A stretch of 64,000 nucleotides of DNA from Spirulina sp. (GTDB lineage Bacteria > Cyanobacteriota > Cyanobacteriia > Phormidesmidales > Phormidesmidaceae): the NCBI GenBank assembly GCA_044070495.1, contig JBIPSI010000003.1, positions 160,001 to 224,000 on the forward strand, given 5' to 3'. Shown piece by piece: positions 11,678 through 21,743 of this stretch. A program made the position numbers and the translations under genes. Numbering within the stretch: the first letter of the stretch is position 1; each line of letters opens with the position of its first letter. The notes beneath the pieces were generated by a model. That model searched no databases and was not told where the DNA came from. It saw only the letters and a list, made by a program, of their open reading frames with translations.

Positions 11678-11983
11678 GTGACGCTTCCAGGAGATCCCTT
11701 TAGCCGCGCCAATGCCCGATGCCACCGTCGCGCCTATGAGCAGTGGCATCGGGTGCAGAGTAAGCAGCATATCCTGCGTTCTCAGGTGGGGTTTGCGGCT
11801 CCTACGTCCTCGCGCCCAGCCCCCTGTCGTCACTGCGCCAACTACCACGGTGTGGCCTACGGCACCTCCCGCGCCCGTCGCCAAACGCTAATCTGCGCCA
11901 TGCACCCCTACGGCTGGCTGAGCGACGATCCTTGCCCCGACTGGCAGGCCGAATCCGATGGATCGGGTGGGCCGTTCTCTTAA
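11678..11983 (+). CDS. Small Cys/His-rich hypothetical protein
   Basis: CxxC..YHG...LICAMHPYG...CPDW motif, suggestive of metal binding; start uncertain. Confidence 0.65.
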   Translation: MTLPGDPFSRANARCHRRAYEQWHRVQSKQHILRSQVGFAAPTSSRPAPCRHCANYHGVAYGTSRARRQTLICAMHPYGWLSDDPCPDWQAESDGSGGPFS

Positions 11984-12001
11984 CAGTTGAGGCAACTAGA
12001 A

Positions 12002-12024
12002 GGTCGAGGAAACCTCGCCCCTAC
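12002..12024 (-). repeat. GTAG-type REP-like palindrome
   Basis: GTAGGGGCGAGGTTTCCTCG on the minus strand, between convergent genes. Confidence 0.7.
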
Positions 12025-12086
12025 CGTTTGGCGGGTTGGGAGGCGAGGGTACGGAATTTGAGTGTGTATTCTTCAGTTGGCCCGAA

Positions 12087-12881
12087 TTACCGGATGGCGG
12101 CTTTCAGGGTGCGGCAAAATTCCGCTACATCCTGGAGAGCGGTTTGGGGATTTTCGGTGTCCAACCGCTTGACGAAGGCGCTGCCCACGATCACACCATC
12201 GGCCCCCCATTGGTGCAGTTGGGTGGCTTGGTCTGGCCCAGATACGCCAAAACCGACTCCTATGGCCTTGTCGGTGGTTTGCTTGAGGCTGTCGAGCAGA
12301 TCCTTCACCCGCCCTTGGATCTCCTGGCGCATTCCGGTTACCCCGGTGACGCTGACCAGGTAGACAAACCCTTGGGCCTGGGCGGCAATGGCCTGTATCC
12401 GCTCTAGGGGCGAGGTGGGGGCCACCAGCAGGGTGACATCAATACCAGCGGCGGCGGCGGCTTGGAGCACCGCGTCTACTTCCTCTAGGGGCAGATCGGG
12501 CACCACTAGCCCAGCGGCCCCGGCGGCGGCAATATCGGCCATGAAGGTCTCGATGCCACGATTGAGAATCGGGTTGTAGTAGGTGAATAAAATAATCGGA
12601 GCCTGGAGGCTGGGGCTGAGGGTTTTGACCAAATCCAACACCTGATCCAGCGTCACGCCCTTGGCCAGGGCACGGGTGGCGGCGGCTTGAATCACCGGGC
12701 CATCGGCGAGGGGATCGGAGTAGGGCACCCCCAGCTCGATCAGGTCGGCTCCGTTGTCGTCCAGGATTTTTAGGGCCGCTGCCGTGGTCTCCAGGTCAGG
12801 ATCTCCCGCCGTGATGAAGGGAATCAGGGCGCATTCACCCCGTGCTTTGAGGGCCTGAAAATGTTCTGCAACGCGAGCCAT
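12087..12881 (-). CDS. trpA: Tryptophan synthase alpha chain
   Basis: [25 protein letters not shown] and GVTG motifs. Confidence 0.97.
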   Translation of the reverse strand: MARVAEHFQALKARGECALIPFITAGDPDLETTAAALKILDDNGADLIELGVPYSDPLADGPVIQAAATRALAKGVTLDQVLDLVKTLSPSLQAPIILFTYYNPILNRGIETFMADIAAAGAAGLVVPDLPLEEVDAVLQAAAAAGIDVTLLVAPTSPLERIQAIAAQAQGFVYLVSVTGVTGMRQEIQGRVKDLLDSLKQTTDKAIGVGFGVSGPDQATQLHQWGADGVIVGSAFVKRLDTENPQTALQDVAEFCRTLKAAIR

Positions 12882-12990
12882 AGGGAGGGGCCAATAACTG
12901 TCCAATAGAGAACTCTAACCCAAGACGAGTACCGCGTCCATCTTCAGTTCCACCCGCTTCGGCCAAGCCATAGCTAAGGTAAAGACGGGT

Positions 12991-13287
12991 CTATTTTTCG
13001 TCTAGCTTGGCTTGCAGGGCCGCTAGTTCCTCTGGGCTGAGTTCCTCTAGGCGCTTTTGCAGCACGGCGGTTTCGTAGTCGTCGAGCTGCTGGTTGAGGG
13101 TCATCTTGTGGCTAACCACCCGAAACAGGTAGGTCAGCAGCCAACCCACGATGCCGCCCACCATCACGGTCTGGCTCCAAATGCCCGCCGAAATCCCATC
13201 TAGCCCCAACAGCCGGAAAGCTAGGAAAAGCCCGCCCCCCGCTAGGAACACACCGAGGCCAATACCAAAAACGTCAATCCGTCGCAT
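12991..13287 (-). CDS. DUF3007-family protein
   Basis: MRRID start, two TM helices and LQKRLEEL tail; typical ndhL-DUF3007-trpA order. Confidence 0.85.
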   Translation of the reverse strand: MRRIDVFGIGLGVFLAGGGLFLAFRLLGLDGISAGIWSQTVMVGGIVGWLLTYLFRVVSHKMTLNQQLDDYETAVLQKRLEELSPEELAALQAKLDEK

Positions 13288-13290
13288 GGG

Positions 13291-13533
13291 TTAGCTCAGC
13301 TTGCGGGCTTGGGGCCGAAAATTTAGGAAAGGACTAAACAACAGCATCCCCGGAAAGAAAACAAACATCATGCCGTAGAGCAGGGTGCGTTCTACGGATC
13401 CTGCTTGGTGCCAACGTTCCTTGAGGTAGAACAGGATGGCCAAGGGCAGCACCACCAGATACACCCCAGCCAGCCCACCGTAGAGGGCAAGGGTAATCAA
13501 CAAATCCTGAGACAGGGTGAAATCGGCAAGCAT
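13291..13533 (-). CDS. ndhL: NDH-1 complex subunit L
   Basis: YL..RW...S.ER..Y...F.FFPG.LL.SPFLNFRP motif. Confidence 0.92.
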   Translation of the reverse strand: MLADFTLSQDLLITLALYGGLAGVYLVVLPLAILFYLKERWHQAGSVERTLLYGMMFVFFPGMLLFSPFLNFRPQARKLS

Positions 13534-13925
13534 AGCGTCCAAACCATCGACGGATAGGGGGCTGGGGTTGCGGATGGCGACGAAAACGCCTCTGACCGAC
13601 AACCCTCTCGTTATTCTAAGGCGAGGATGCGGTTCCTCGACAAGCCTTTTTCACGCCACTGCGCCTAGATGCCACCATGATGCCGCAATTCTGATGGTGG
13701 GGGCTGCCTTGGCCTAGCCTCAACCAATCGACAGGATCGCCCTCGGTATTGGCTTGGCCCTCGATCCAAACGCCTCTCTCCAGGGGTGCGGCGTTTGTTT
13801 TATGTGCCCTGATGGCGTGAGGGCACCCCCTGTAAACAATCTAAAGCGGTGGTTGCAATTGGCTCCAGTTGGTGATGGAATAATACTCGACATGGTTCTA
13901 GGGTTAGCCTTGGGGTCAATGTTAT

Positions 13926-14316
13926 GGGGGCGTGGCGGAATGGTAGACGCTACGGACTTAGAAAACTGGGCCTTAGCGAAGAAATTTGCTAAGTGAAGGC
14001 TCTCAAACTCAGGGAAACCTAACTTCGAGGGTTTAGACAGTCCTAGAGCTTGTCTGAATCTGGGAACATGGCAATCCTGAGCCAAGCCAGACGGTGGTAG
14101 TGCGCCTACCCAAGGTAGGGTGACCACCCAAAGCCGCCTGGAAGGTGCAGAGGCCCGACGGGAGCTACCCTAACGTATAGCCGAGGGTAAAGGGAGGGTC
14201 CAATTCTCAACGCTGGTTGCTAGTCCATGGCTGGAACCTGGCGGTCGCGAAAGCGGCGGGAGGATGAAAATCCGTTGACCATTGCGGTCGTGAGGGTTCG
14301 AGTCCCTCCGCCCCCA
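13926..14316 (+). tRNA. trnL: tRNA-Leu(UAA) interrupted by a group I intron (exons 13926-13959 and 14267-14316)
   Basis: GGGGGCG/CGCCCCC-A acceptor stem, GGAATGGTAGAC D arm, anticodon split as GGACTT|...G|AAAATCC, GTTCGAGTC T loop. Confidence 0.96.
13960..14266 (+). ncRNA. Self-splicing group I intron of tRNA-Leu(UAA)
   Basis: Core blocks CTCAAACTCAGGGAAACC, GGCAATCCTGAGCCAA, GTGCAGAG.C.CGACGGGAG and GAGGGTCCAATTCTC; terminal G. Confidence 0.93.
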
Positions 14317-14488
14317 TTATCTATCACCGTGAACGAGTCTAAACAGTGAGTGCGGTTAATCCTGGGACGGCGGGCTAGGTAATCTATGGCCTGTCCCACG
14401 CTGGGCTAGCCTTCCTCGGCTAGGATATTTCCCTGGCTACAATAATTTGTTGGCCACGATAATTCAGAGTTTCGGTGCAGTATTTCCC

Positions 14489-15556
14489 ATGCAGGCTCAA
14501 ATCCCCAGTTCCGCCAACCGCCCCACGGCTATCCCTTCAGAACTGGCGGTGTACCGCATTTTGGATGCCAACCTAGACCGTGCCAGGGAGGGTTTGCGCA
14601 TTGTTGAGGAATGGTGTCGGTTTGGCTTAAACGACGCTGACAAAACGGATCAGATTAAGCACCTGCGCCAAATCCTAGCCCAGTGGCACGATCCGATTCT
14701 GCGTCAGGCCCGCGATACCCCTGGCGATCCGGGGACGGCCCTGACCCATCCCCAGGAGGCGGAACGGGGGGATGTGGCGGCGGTGCTGTTGGCTAACCTG
14801 TGCCGGGTGCAGGAGGCGTTGCGGGTGCTGGAGGAATACGGCAAGCTCTACCGCAGCGACTTTGCCGCCGCCTGCAAAACCATGCGCTACCAGGTCTACA
14901 CCCTAGAGAGCGAGCTGCTGGGGGGGGATCGGCTGCATCGGCTGCGTCAGGCTCCGGTGTACCTGGTGACCTCACCCCAGGAGAACCTAATCGCCACCGT
15001 GGAAGCGGCCCTGAAGGGGGGCATTACCCTGGTGCAATACCGAGACAAAAATACCGAGGACGAGGTGCGCTTCCAGCGCGCCCAGCAGTTGCGGGATCTC
15101 TGCCACCAATACCGGGCGATTTTTTTGGTCAACGACCGGGTGGATTTGGCCCTGGCGGTGGGAGCCGATGGGGTTCACCTGGGCCAAACCGATCTACCCG
15201 TTGCCGTTGCCCGTCGGCTGCTTGGCCCCCAGGCGATCATTGGTCGATCCACCACCAACCCCGAAGAAATGAACCGCGCCCTCAGCGAAGGAGCCGACTA
15301 CATTGGGGTTGGCCCCGTGTATAGCACTCCCACCAAGCCCGGAAAAGCCGCCGCCGGGCTAGACTACGTGCGCTACGCCGCCGCCCAGGCTCCGGTGCCT
15401 TGGTTTGCCATTGGCGGCATTGATGGGGAGAATATCGGGGACGTTTTGCAAGCCGGAGCCCAGCAGGTGGCCATTGTACGGGCGGTGATGGAGGCCGAAA
15501 ACCCCACTCAAGCGGCCCAAACCATCCTGAACCAAGTCCGTCAATCCCGCCCCTAG
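14489..15556 (+). CDS. thiE: Thiamine-phosphate synthase with cyanobacterial N-terminal extension
   Basis: RILDANLDRAREGLR N-domain; QYRDK, NDRVD, GVHLGQTD, TPTK and AIGGI motifs. Confidence 0.95.
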   Translation: MQAQIPSSANRPTAIPSELAVYRILDANLDRAREGLRIVEEWCRFGLNDADKTDQIKHLRQILAQWHDPILRQARDTPGDPGTALTHPQEAERGDVAAVLLANLCRVQEALRVLEEYGKLYRSDFAAACKTMRYQVYTLESELLGGDRLHRLRQAPVYLVTSPQENLIATVEAALKGGITLVQYRDKNTEDEVRFQRAQQLRDLCHQYRAIFLVNDRVDLALAVGADGVHLGQTDLPVAVARRLLGPQAIIGRSTTNPEEMNRALSEGADYIGVGPVYSTPTKPGKAAAGLDYVRYAAAQAPVPWFAIGGIDGENIGDVLQAGAQQVAIVRAVMEAENPTQAAQTILNQVRQSRP

Positions 15557-15665
15557 CGCCTCAACCAGAATCCTTACAATTTCCCTGATTGCGTCGGTAG
15601 GGCGACTGGAATGCCAGACCACGGATCCAAGTTCTGCCGATCAGTCTGAGCCGCCTGATCAGCTC

Positions 15666-16445
15666 CTAAAACTGGCGACGGGAGAAGACCACCGTGGCCA
15701 CCGTGAGCAGTAGGGCACTGTAGATCAGGGCATAGGCCACGTGGGTGACCAGGGTGAGGGGGTCGGGCAGCAGTTCTAGTCCGTAGACGGCTAGGTTGCG
15801 TAGGTTGAGGCGTTCGAGGTCGGGCAGGAAGAGGTATAGCCCATTGGTGAGACGCTGGATGCCTGGATTGTCACTGAGTTGGGTGAAGGCGACCAGATCC
15901 TGGGTGAGGTGGCCCATCAGGTACACGGCAAAGGTCAGCAGGGTGGCCAGCAGGGAACTGGTAAACACACCAAACAGAATCGCCACCGCCGTGAGCAGCA
16001 TGGCCTCTAGCAGCATAAAGCCCGTGGCCAGGGCCAAACTGGCGAAGGAGAAGGGCACTCCGATGATGGCCAGCATGGCGGCGAACATCAGCCCTAGGCC
16101 CCCCAGCAGCACCGCTAGCACCGCCGACAGCCCCAGGTGCTTCCCCACAATAAATTCGCCATGGCTGACGGGCTTGGCCAACAACACCAGCACCGTGCGC
16201 TTCTCGATCTCTTTATTCACCAGGCCCGTACCCACAAACACCGCAATGATCACGCTGAGTAGGTGCATGGCGGCTAGGCCCAGGTCGAGGATAATTTTTT
16301 GCTCCGTGCCTGCCGACACCGGGGGGAGCAACAGGGCCGCCGCCACCATCAGCAGGGCAAACAGGGCCATCAGGTAGAGGATGCGATCCCGGATCACCTC
16401 TAGGAACACATTACGAGCAATGACCACGATGCGAGACAACACCAT
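15666..16445 (-). CDS. fraE: ABC-2-type permease, FraE-like
   Basis: IARNVFLEVIRDR and EIEKRT..LL.KP motifs; third gene of a fraC-fraD-permease cluster. Confidence 0.75.
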   Translation of the reverse strand: MVLSRIVVIARNVFLEVIRDRILYLMALFALLMVAAALLLPPVSAGTEQKIILDLGLAAMHLLSVIIAVFVGTGLVNKEIEKRTVLVLLAKPVSHGEFIVGKHLGLSAVLAVLLGGLGLMFAAMLAIIGVPFSFASLALATGFMLLEAMLLTAVAILFGVFTSSLLATLLTFAVYLMGHLTQDLVAFTQLSDNPGIQRLTNGLYLFLPDLERLNLRNLAVYGLELLPDPLTLVTHVAYALIYSALLLTVATVVFSRRQF

Positions 16446-16490
16446 AGGTTACGACCATCCTCCTGCTTTGCCTTTGCTAGTGTACGGGGT

Positions 16491-17483
16491 TTAGGGCCGT
16501 CCGTAGCGTAGCGGGGTTTCCAACTGGCAGCGCACCTGCGTCCATTGGGTGGTGGTGGCCAAGGCGGCATCCCTGCCGCTTTCCATGGCATTGGCGACGG
16601 GTTGGGTGATGGGCATGATTTCACAGGCCTTTTCAAAGTAGTAGCCCTCGCCGTTGGCACTGGGGCCAAGCCATAGGGCGTACAGCATCAAGGTATAGCC
16701 GTTGCCGTTGGTGGCGGTTTTTAGGCTGAGGTTCCAGAGTTTATCCTCTGGGCTGGGGGGCTGGTTGGTTTGCACTTGGCGCTGGAGTTCCTGCTGATGG
16801 CCTTCTAGGTTGAGCAACCAGCGTTCTACCCAAGACCAGGGTTTGTTGTCAATTTGATCTTTAATGAGTCGTTCGGCCTGGGTGAGGTGGCTAACCCCCG
16901 CCGAGAGGGGCATGGTTTGGCCGGGAATGCGGTAGACAAAGGCGCTGTGGTCAAACTGGTCGGCAATTAGGCTGGGGTAGTCGCGCAGCCAGGTTTGAAT
17001 GCGAAAGTAAAACTGAAACCAACTGCTGAGCAGCAGGCTAAACCCTAGCAGCAGGGCCAAGCTTTGGCGCATGGCGGGGGCGGGCCGCTTGGGGCGAAAC
17101 TCCCAGCTCAGCAGGTTGGGCACGGCCACCACCAAAAACGACATCAGCGGCCAGGTAATCAGCGCTGGTTGCAGCCAAGCCCCTCCCCAGGAACCAAACA
17201 GAAATAGGCACAAAATCCCCCCCGACACCCAGGGCGCAATGGACAGGCCAAAGGGTCTGATTTTCTTCGCCTCAAAGGCCCAGCCCACCCCTAGCGCCAG
17301 AAAAATCCAGGCCAAGGTGGCCATCAGCCCCACAGTAAAGGGACTCGCTTTCAGCCAGCGACTAATGCCTGACATCAGCCAGGAAATTAGGCTCATATAA
17401 ATGACGGTGAGCCAGGAAAAGGCCGACTTCGGCCAGAGGGTGGTTTTGAGGCTGGTGACGTAGGAGGGGAGGGGCGGCATCAT
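16491..17483 (-). CDS. fraD: Septal junction protein FraD (DUF5357)
   Basis: Five N-terminal TM helices, WFQF.F.IQ.WL..YPSL motif and a soluble C-terminal domain; overlaps the fraC stop. Confidence 0.8.
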   Translation of the reverse strand: MMPPLPSYVTSLKTTLWPKSAFSWLTVIYMSLISWLMSGISRWLKASPFTVGLMATLAWIFLALGVGWAFEAKKIRPFGLSIAPWVSGGILCLFLFGSWGGAWLQPALITWPLMSFLVVAVPNLLSWEFRPKRPAPAMRQSLALLLGFSLLLSSWFQFYFRIQTWLRDYPSLIADQFDHSAFVYRIPGQTMPLSAGVSHLTQAERLIKDQIDNKPWSWVERWLLNLEGHQQELQRQVQTNQPPSPEDKLWNLSLKTATNGNGYTLMLYALWLGPSANGEGYYFEKACEIMPITQPVANAMESGRDAALATTTQWTQVRCQLETPLRYGRP

Positions 17484-18061
17484 GGCAGCACGACCTGAAG
17501 CTGGAGGAAAAGTAGGAGGACAATCACGGTGAAGCTGAGGGCGTTGGCCTGAAGGACGGCTACGGTGTAGGTAGCGGTGCGGGAACGGGCGGAGGAGGGC
17601 GCACCTCGGCGAGAGGAACGGTTCCGGCCAGCTCGATCTGAAAGGCCGGGAGCCTCCAAAACAGGAGCCTTACCTAGCAGCGCCACCAGGGCACTCAGAC
17701 TTTGGAGCTTGACCCAGTAGGTGGCAAAAAACACCACAATGGCCACCATTACCATCATCACGGGCAGGGCCTCCAGCCAATCATTAGGGAAAAATCGGCT
17801 GAACAGCACATAGCTCATGATTTGCTGGCGTAGAGCCGTGGGCAACACCGCCTCTAGGCTGAGGAAGGCAATCCAGCCCAAGCTGGTGGCCAGTAGGTTG
17901 ATGGTGGCGGCATACTGCACGCTGGTTTGGTAGCCCAGGCGCAGATGTTGGCGTAGCACCATGGCCTCTAGGGCAATGGCCACCATCAACAGCATGGACT
18001 GAAACACAATGGCCTTCAGCGGCAGTAATCCAAGATCGGCCAAGACATCCGTGGGGGACAT
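17480..18061 (-). CDS. fraC: Filament integrity protein FraC
   Basis: LPLKAIVFQ..L.VAIALE...SVQYAATINL and AVL.ANA.S motifs; three TM regions. Confidence 0.85.
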   Translation of the reverse strand: MSPTDVLADLGLLPLKAIVFQSMLLMVAIALEAMVLRQHLRLGYQTSVQYAATINLLATSLGWIAFLSLEAVLPTALRQQIMSYVLFSRFFPNDWLEALPVMMVMVAIVVFFATYWVKLQSLSALVALLGKAPVLEAPGLSDRAGRNRSSRRGAPSSARSRTATYTVAVLQANALSFTVIVLLLFLQLQVVLP

Positions 18062-18172
18062 GTCAGAATTGGGATAGCAAGTGGTCTTAAGGATACTGCT
18101 GAGTGACAAATTGGGCGTAGGGGGTCTTACGCTTTCGCTAAAATTAACCTTGCCCTCACCCCCAACATCCCT

Positions 18173-19303
18173 ATGGTTAGAACTGGCATTGGTATTCGCA
18201 CGGCCCAACAAACCAACGAACGGATAACGGGGCAGGTGCATGTCTACGACGGCGAGGGCAAGGGTAAGTCCCAGGTGGCCTTGGGGGTGGTGCTGCGTTC
18301 CATTGGGCTGGGCATTCAAAACTTTATGGAAAGTCGGGTGCTGCTGCTGCGCTTCCTCAAAGGCCCAGGCCGCACCTACGACGAAGACGCTGCCATCGAG
18401 GCCCTCCAGCGCGGCTTCCCCCACCTGATCGACCAGGTGCGCACTGGACGCTCGGAGTTCTTTGGCCCCGAAGACATCACCAAATTCGACAAACAGGAGG
18501 CTCAGCGGGGCTGGGATGTAGCGAAGGGAGCGATTGCCTCTGGGCTGTATTCCGTGGTGGTGCTAGATGAAATCAATCCGGTGCTGGACTTGGGTCTGTT
18601 ATCCGTCGATGAGGTGGTGAGAACCCTGCGCCGCAAGCCCGACCACCTGGAAATCATCGCCACCGGACGCGCCGCCCCTCGCCCCCTGCTCGATATCGCC
18701 GACCTGCACTCCGAGATGAAGCCCCAACTCCACACCTCCAATATTCCAGGGCTAGAGGGCATCGAAATCTACACCGGGGCGGGCAAGGGCAAATCCACCA
18801 GCGCCCTGGGCAAAGCCCTGCAAGCCATCGGGCGTGGCATTAGCCAAGACCTCTCCCACCGGGTGCTGATTATCCAGTGGCTAAAGGGCGGTAACGGCTA
18901 CACCGAAGACGCCGCCATCGCCGCCCTACGCAAGATTTACCCCAACCTGGTAGACCACCAGCGCTGTGGCCGCGATGCCATCGTCTGGCGCGGCCAACAG
19001 CAGGACATCGACTACGTGGAAGCAGAACGGGGCTGGGAAATTGCCCGTACTGCCATCGCCTCCGGGCTGTACAAAACCATCATTTTGGACGAACTCAACC
19101 CTACGGTGGATCTCGAACTGCTGCCCGAAGAACCCATCGTTCAAGCCCTGCTACGCAAGCCCAAGGACACCGCCGTGATCATCACCGGGCGCTGCAAAAA
19201 CCAGCCCACCTACTTTGAGTTGGCCAGCACCCACTCCGAAGTGTTTAACCACAAGCACTATGCCGAAAAAGGCATCGACCTCAAACGCGGCGTGGATTTC
19301 TAG
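18173..19303 (+). CDS. cobO: Cob(I)alamin adenosyltransferase, tandem-domain cyanobacterial type
   Basis: Two CobA/BtuR repeats (YDGEGKGKS and YTGAGKGKS; LDE, TGR) ending in KHY...GVDF. Confidence 0.9.
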   Translation: MVRTGIGIRTAQQTNERITGQVHVYDGEGKGKSQVALGVVLRSIGLGIQNFMESRVLLLRFLKGPGRTYDEDAAIEALQRGFPHLIDQVRTGRSEFFGPEDITKFDKQEAQRGWDVAKGAIASGLYSVVVLDEINPVLDLGLLSVDEVVRTLRRKPDHLEIIATGRAAPRPLLDIADLHSEMKPQLHTSNIPGLEGIEIYTGAGKGKSTSALGKALQAIGRGISQDLSHRVLIIQWLKGGNGYTEDAAIAALRKIYPNLVDHQRCGRDAIVWRGQQQDIDYVEAERGWEIARTAIASGLYKTIILDELNPTVDLELLPEEPIVQALLRKPKDTAVIITGRCKNQPTYFELASTHSEVFNHKHYAEKGIDLKRGVDF

Positions 19304-19315
19304 GATGCCTTGAGG

Positions 19316-20506
19316 TTAGTTGAGGGTGGTGGCCAGGGAAGGCAGGGTGGCGGGGTCGCCCACGTAGATGCCGAGGGATCGGGCGACTTTAACCATGGTG
19401 CCGTCAACTTCCACGGGGCCAGGGCAGACGTTGCGTTCATGGCAGTCGCGAACAATGGCGATGGCCTCGCCCAAATCCTTGGATCGTACCCGTCCCGCTT
19501 CCCACACCACCAGGCGTCCATAGCGCTCATCGGCAATTAAGTCGGTAGCTTTGCGGCCAAAGGCGGCGGCTAGCAGGCGATCCGAGGCGGTGGGGGTGCC
19601 GCTACGCTGGATGTGCCCTAGCACCGTGGCGCGGGTTTCCACGGCATCCATATCGCAGTAATCTACATCCCCGCTGGCGCAGAGGATATGGCTACGGCTG
19701 GCGATTTCCTTAGCCAAAAATTCGCCGATGGCCTTCATGCGGTGGCCGTCTTCGCCCCGCACCCCTTCCGCCACCACCACCAGGGCAAACTTGCGGCCTC
19801 GGTGGCGCAGTTCCGCCAGCTTATGGCACACCTGGTCAATGATGGTGCCACTGAGAGCCGTCACCAGTTCGGGAATCAAAATCACATCGGCCCCCCCGGC
19901 AATGCCCCCGTGCAGGGCCAGGTGTCCGGCATCGCGGCCCATCACCTCTACGACCATCACCCGGTCGTGGCTGGCGGCGGTGAAGGTGAGGTCGTAGAGG
20001 GCCGTGTTCACCGTTTGTACGGCGGTGTCAAAGCCGATGGATCGCTCGGTGAAGGGCACATCGTTGTCGATGGTTTTGGGAATGCCAATTAAGTTCCAGC
20101 CGCCCTTGAGGGAAATTTCGTAGATGATATCCAAGCTGCCGTCGCCGCCGATGGCGATGAGGGCATCTAAGCCCAGCAGTTCGTAGCCCTTGAGAATCTT
20201 GGCCAGCACCTCTGGGTTGCGGGAATCGCCCTTGTTAATAGAACCGAGGATTGACCCGCTGAGAAATTGCAGCACATCAATGCCCTGGAGCATCCCTGGA
20301 ATGTCGTAGCCGTGCTCTGGGATGATCAAATCATCGGGGTTGTAGGCTCCCTCCGCCACCCGCATCATGCCATCGGTGCCGTAGGGAATCCCCAGCACAT
20401 GCCACCCCCGCCGACTGGCGCACTTCACCACCGCACGAATCACCGCATTTAGGCCAGGGCAATCGCCGCCGCTAGTGAGGATACCAATGCGCTTAGGGCT
20501 CGCCAT
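19316..20506 (-). CDS. pfkA: 6-phosphofructokinase (PFK-A family)
   Basis: TSGGDCPGLN, GGDGS, PKTIDND, EVMGR and LGHIQR motifs. Confidence 0.93.
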   Translation of the reverse strand: MASPKRIGILTSGGDCPGLNAVIRAVVKCASRRGWHVLGIPYGTDGMMRVAEGAYNPDDLIIPEHGYDIPGMLQGIDVLQFLSGSILGSINKGDSRNPEVLAKILKGYELLGLDALIAIGGDGSLDIIYEISLKGGWNLIGIPKTIDNDVPFTERSIGFDTAVQTVNTALYDLTFTAASHDRVMVVEVMGRDAGHLALHGGIAGGADVILIPELVTALSGTIIDQVCHKLAELRHRGRKFALVVVAEGVRGEDGHRMKAIGEFLAKEIASRSHILCASGDVDYCDMDAVETRATVLGHIQRSGTPTASDRLLAAAFGRKATDLIADERYGRLVVWEAGRVRSKDLGEAIAIVRDCHERNVCPGPVEVDGTMVKVARSLGIYVGDPATLPSLATTLN

Positions 20507-20702
20507 GGGACAGTCTCCTTTGTGAATCGAGGTAGGTACCTAGAAATAGACGCACAGCGCCTAGGCTGGGCGACACGTGGCATTTCTTCTAGAGAGAATA
20601 TCAGCACCGTTCTGGATTCTAGAGAAGCTTCCGAATGTTTTCTAGAAGTCCCCTAGCGGGCTAAAAGTTCATTCCCATTGAAGGGAGGCAGGAGACGCTC
20701 AA

Positions 20703-20745
20703 AGCCCTTCTCCCGGAATTGGAAGAGGGGTTTGGGATGAGGGTG
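20703..20745. repeat. GC-rich hairpin repeat (degenerate core copy)
   Basis: CCCTTCTCCC...GGAAGAGGGGTTTGGGATGAGGG, matching the 8.6 kb and 28.2 kb cores. Confidence 0.6.
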
Positions 20746-20771
20746 ATCTACAGCGTTGTGATGGACGGAAT

Positions 20772-21734
20772 CTAGTTGACCGTGAGGGGGGCCATCAGTT
20801 CGGGATCTTGGAACAGCGGGGTGCTGAGGTAGCGTTCGCCAAAGCTGGGCTGGATGACGACGATCAGCTTGCCCTCATTTTCGGGGCGGCGGCCAATCTC
20901 AACGGCGGCCTTAACGGCGGCCCCGGTGGAAATGCCGGACAATAGCCCCTCCTCGCGGGCCATGCGCCGACCGTAGGCGATGGCATCCTCATCGGCCACC
21001 TGCACCACTTCGTCAATCAGATCGACCTTGAGCACCTCTGGGATGAAGCCAGCCCCAATGCCCTGAATTTTGTGGGAACCAGGCCGTCCCCCAGACAGCA
21101 CCGGGCTATTGACGGGTTCCACCGCAACGGCTTTGAACCCAGGCTTGCGCTGCTTGAGGACATCGGCCACCCCGGTAATGGTGCCCCCGGTGCCCACCCC
21201 GGCCACCAGAATGTCGATTTGCCCCTCGGTGTCGGCCCAAATTTCTTCGGCGGTGGTGCGGCGGTGAATATCGGGGTTCGCCGGGTTACTAAACTGTTGC
21301 AGCATGTAGGCATCGGGCAAGGAATCCAAAATTTCCTGTGCCCGCTGAATGCAGCCCGACATTCCCGCCATGCCGGGAGTCAGCTCTAGCTCGGCCCCGT
21401 AGGCCCGCAGCATAGCTCGCCGTTCGGAACTCATGGTTTCGGGCATAGTGAGGATGAGCCGATAGCCCTTCGCCGCCGCCGCCATGGCCAAGGCAATGCC
21501 CGTATTGCCAGAGGTGGGTTCCACCAGGGTGGTTTTGCCGGGAGTAATCAGCCCCTCCGCCTCCGCCGCTTCAATCATATTGATGCCGATGCGGTCTTTC
21601 ACCGACGCCGAGGGGTTCATCCCCTCCAGTTTGATCACCAATTGGGCCAGACAGCCATCGGCCTGGGGAATGCGGTTTAGCCGAACCAGGGGCGTCCGAC
21701 CAATCAGTTGGGTCACATTGTCTGCAATACGCAT
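20772..21734 (-). CDS. cysK: Cysteine synthase A
   Basis: SVKDRI (PLP lysine), [20 protein letters not shown] and GERYLST motifs. Confidence 0.97.
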   Translation of the reverse strand: MRIADNVTQLIGRTPLVRLNRIPQADGCLAQLVIKLEGMNPSASVKDRIGINMIEAAEAEGLITPGKTTLVEPTSGNTGIALAMAAAAKGYRLILTMPETMSSERRAMLRAYGAELELTPGMAGMSGCIQRAQEILDSLPDAYMLQQFSNPANPDIHRRTTAEEIWADTEGQIDILVAGVGTGGTITGVADVLKQRKPGFKAVAVEPVNSPVLSGGRPGSHKIQGIGAGFIPEVLKVDLIDEVVQVADEDAIAYGRRMAREEGLLSGISTGAAVKAAVEIGRRPENEGKLIVVIQPSFGERYLSTPLFQDPELMAPLTVN

Positions 21735-21743
21735 GGGTCTGGC

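Noticed and set aside
13720..14127. ORFs overlapping the tRNA/intron as a possible homing endonuclease
   Set aside because: No LAGLIDADG, HNH or GIY-YIG motif, and the intron is too short.
18062..18424. Long N-terminal extensions in the ORF track for fraC (also cbiO 54873-55385, eno and cyAbrB)
   Set aside because: They overlap neighbouring genes or lack family similarity; downstream starts fit better.
18173..19303. Internal duplication in the adenosyltransferase as a novelty
   Set aside because: The tandem-domain form is usual in cyanobacteria.
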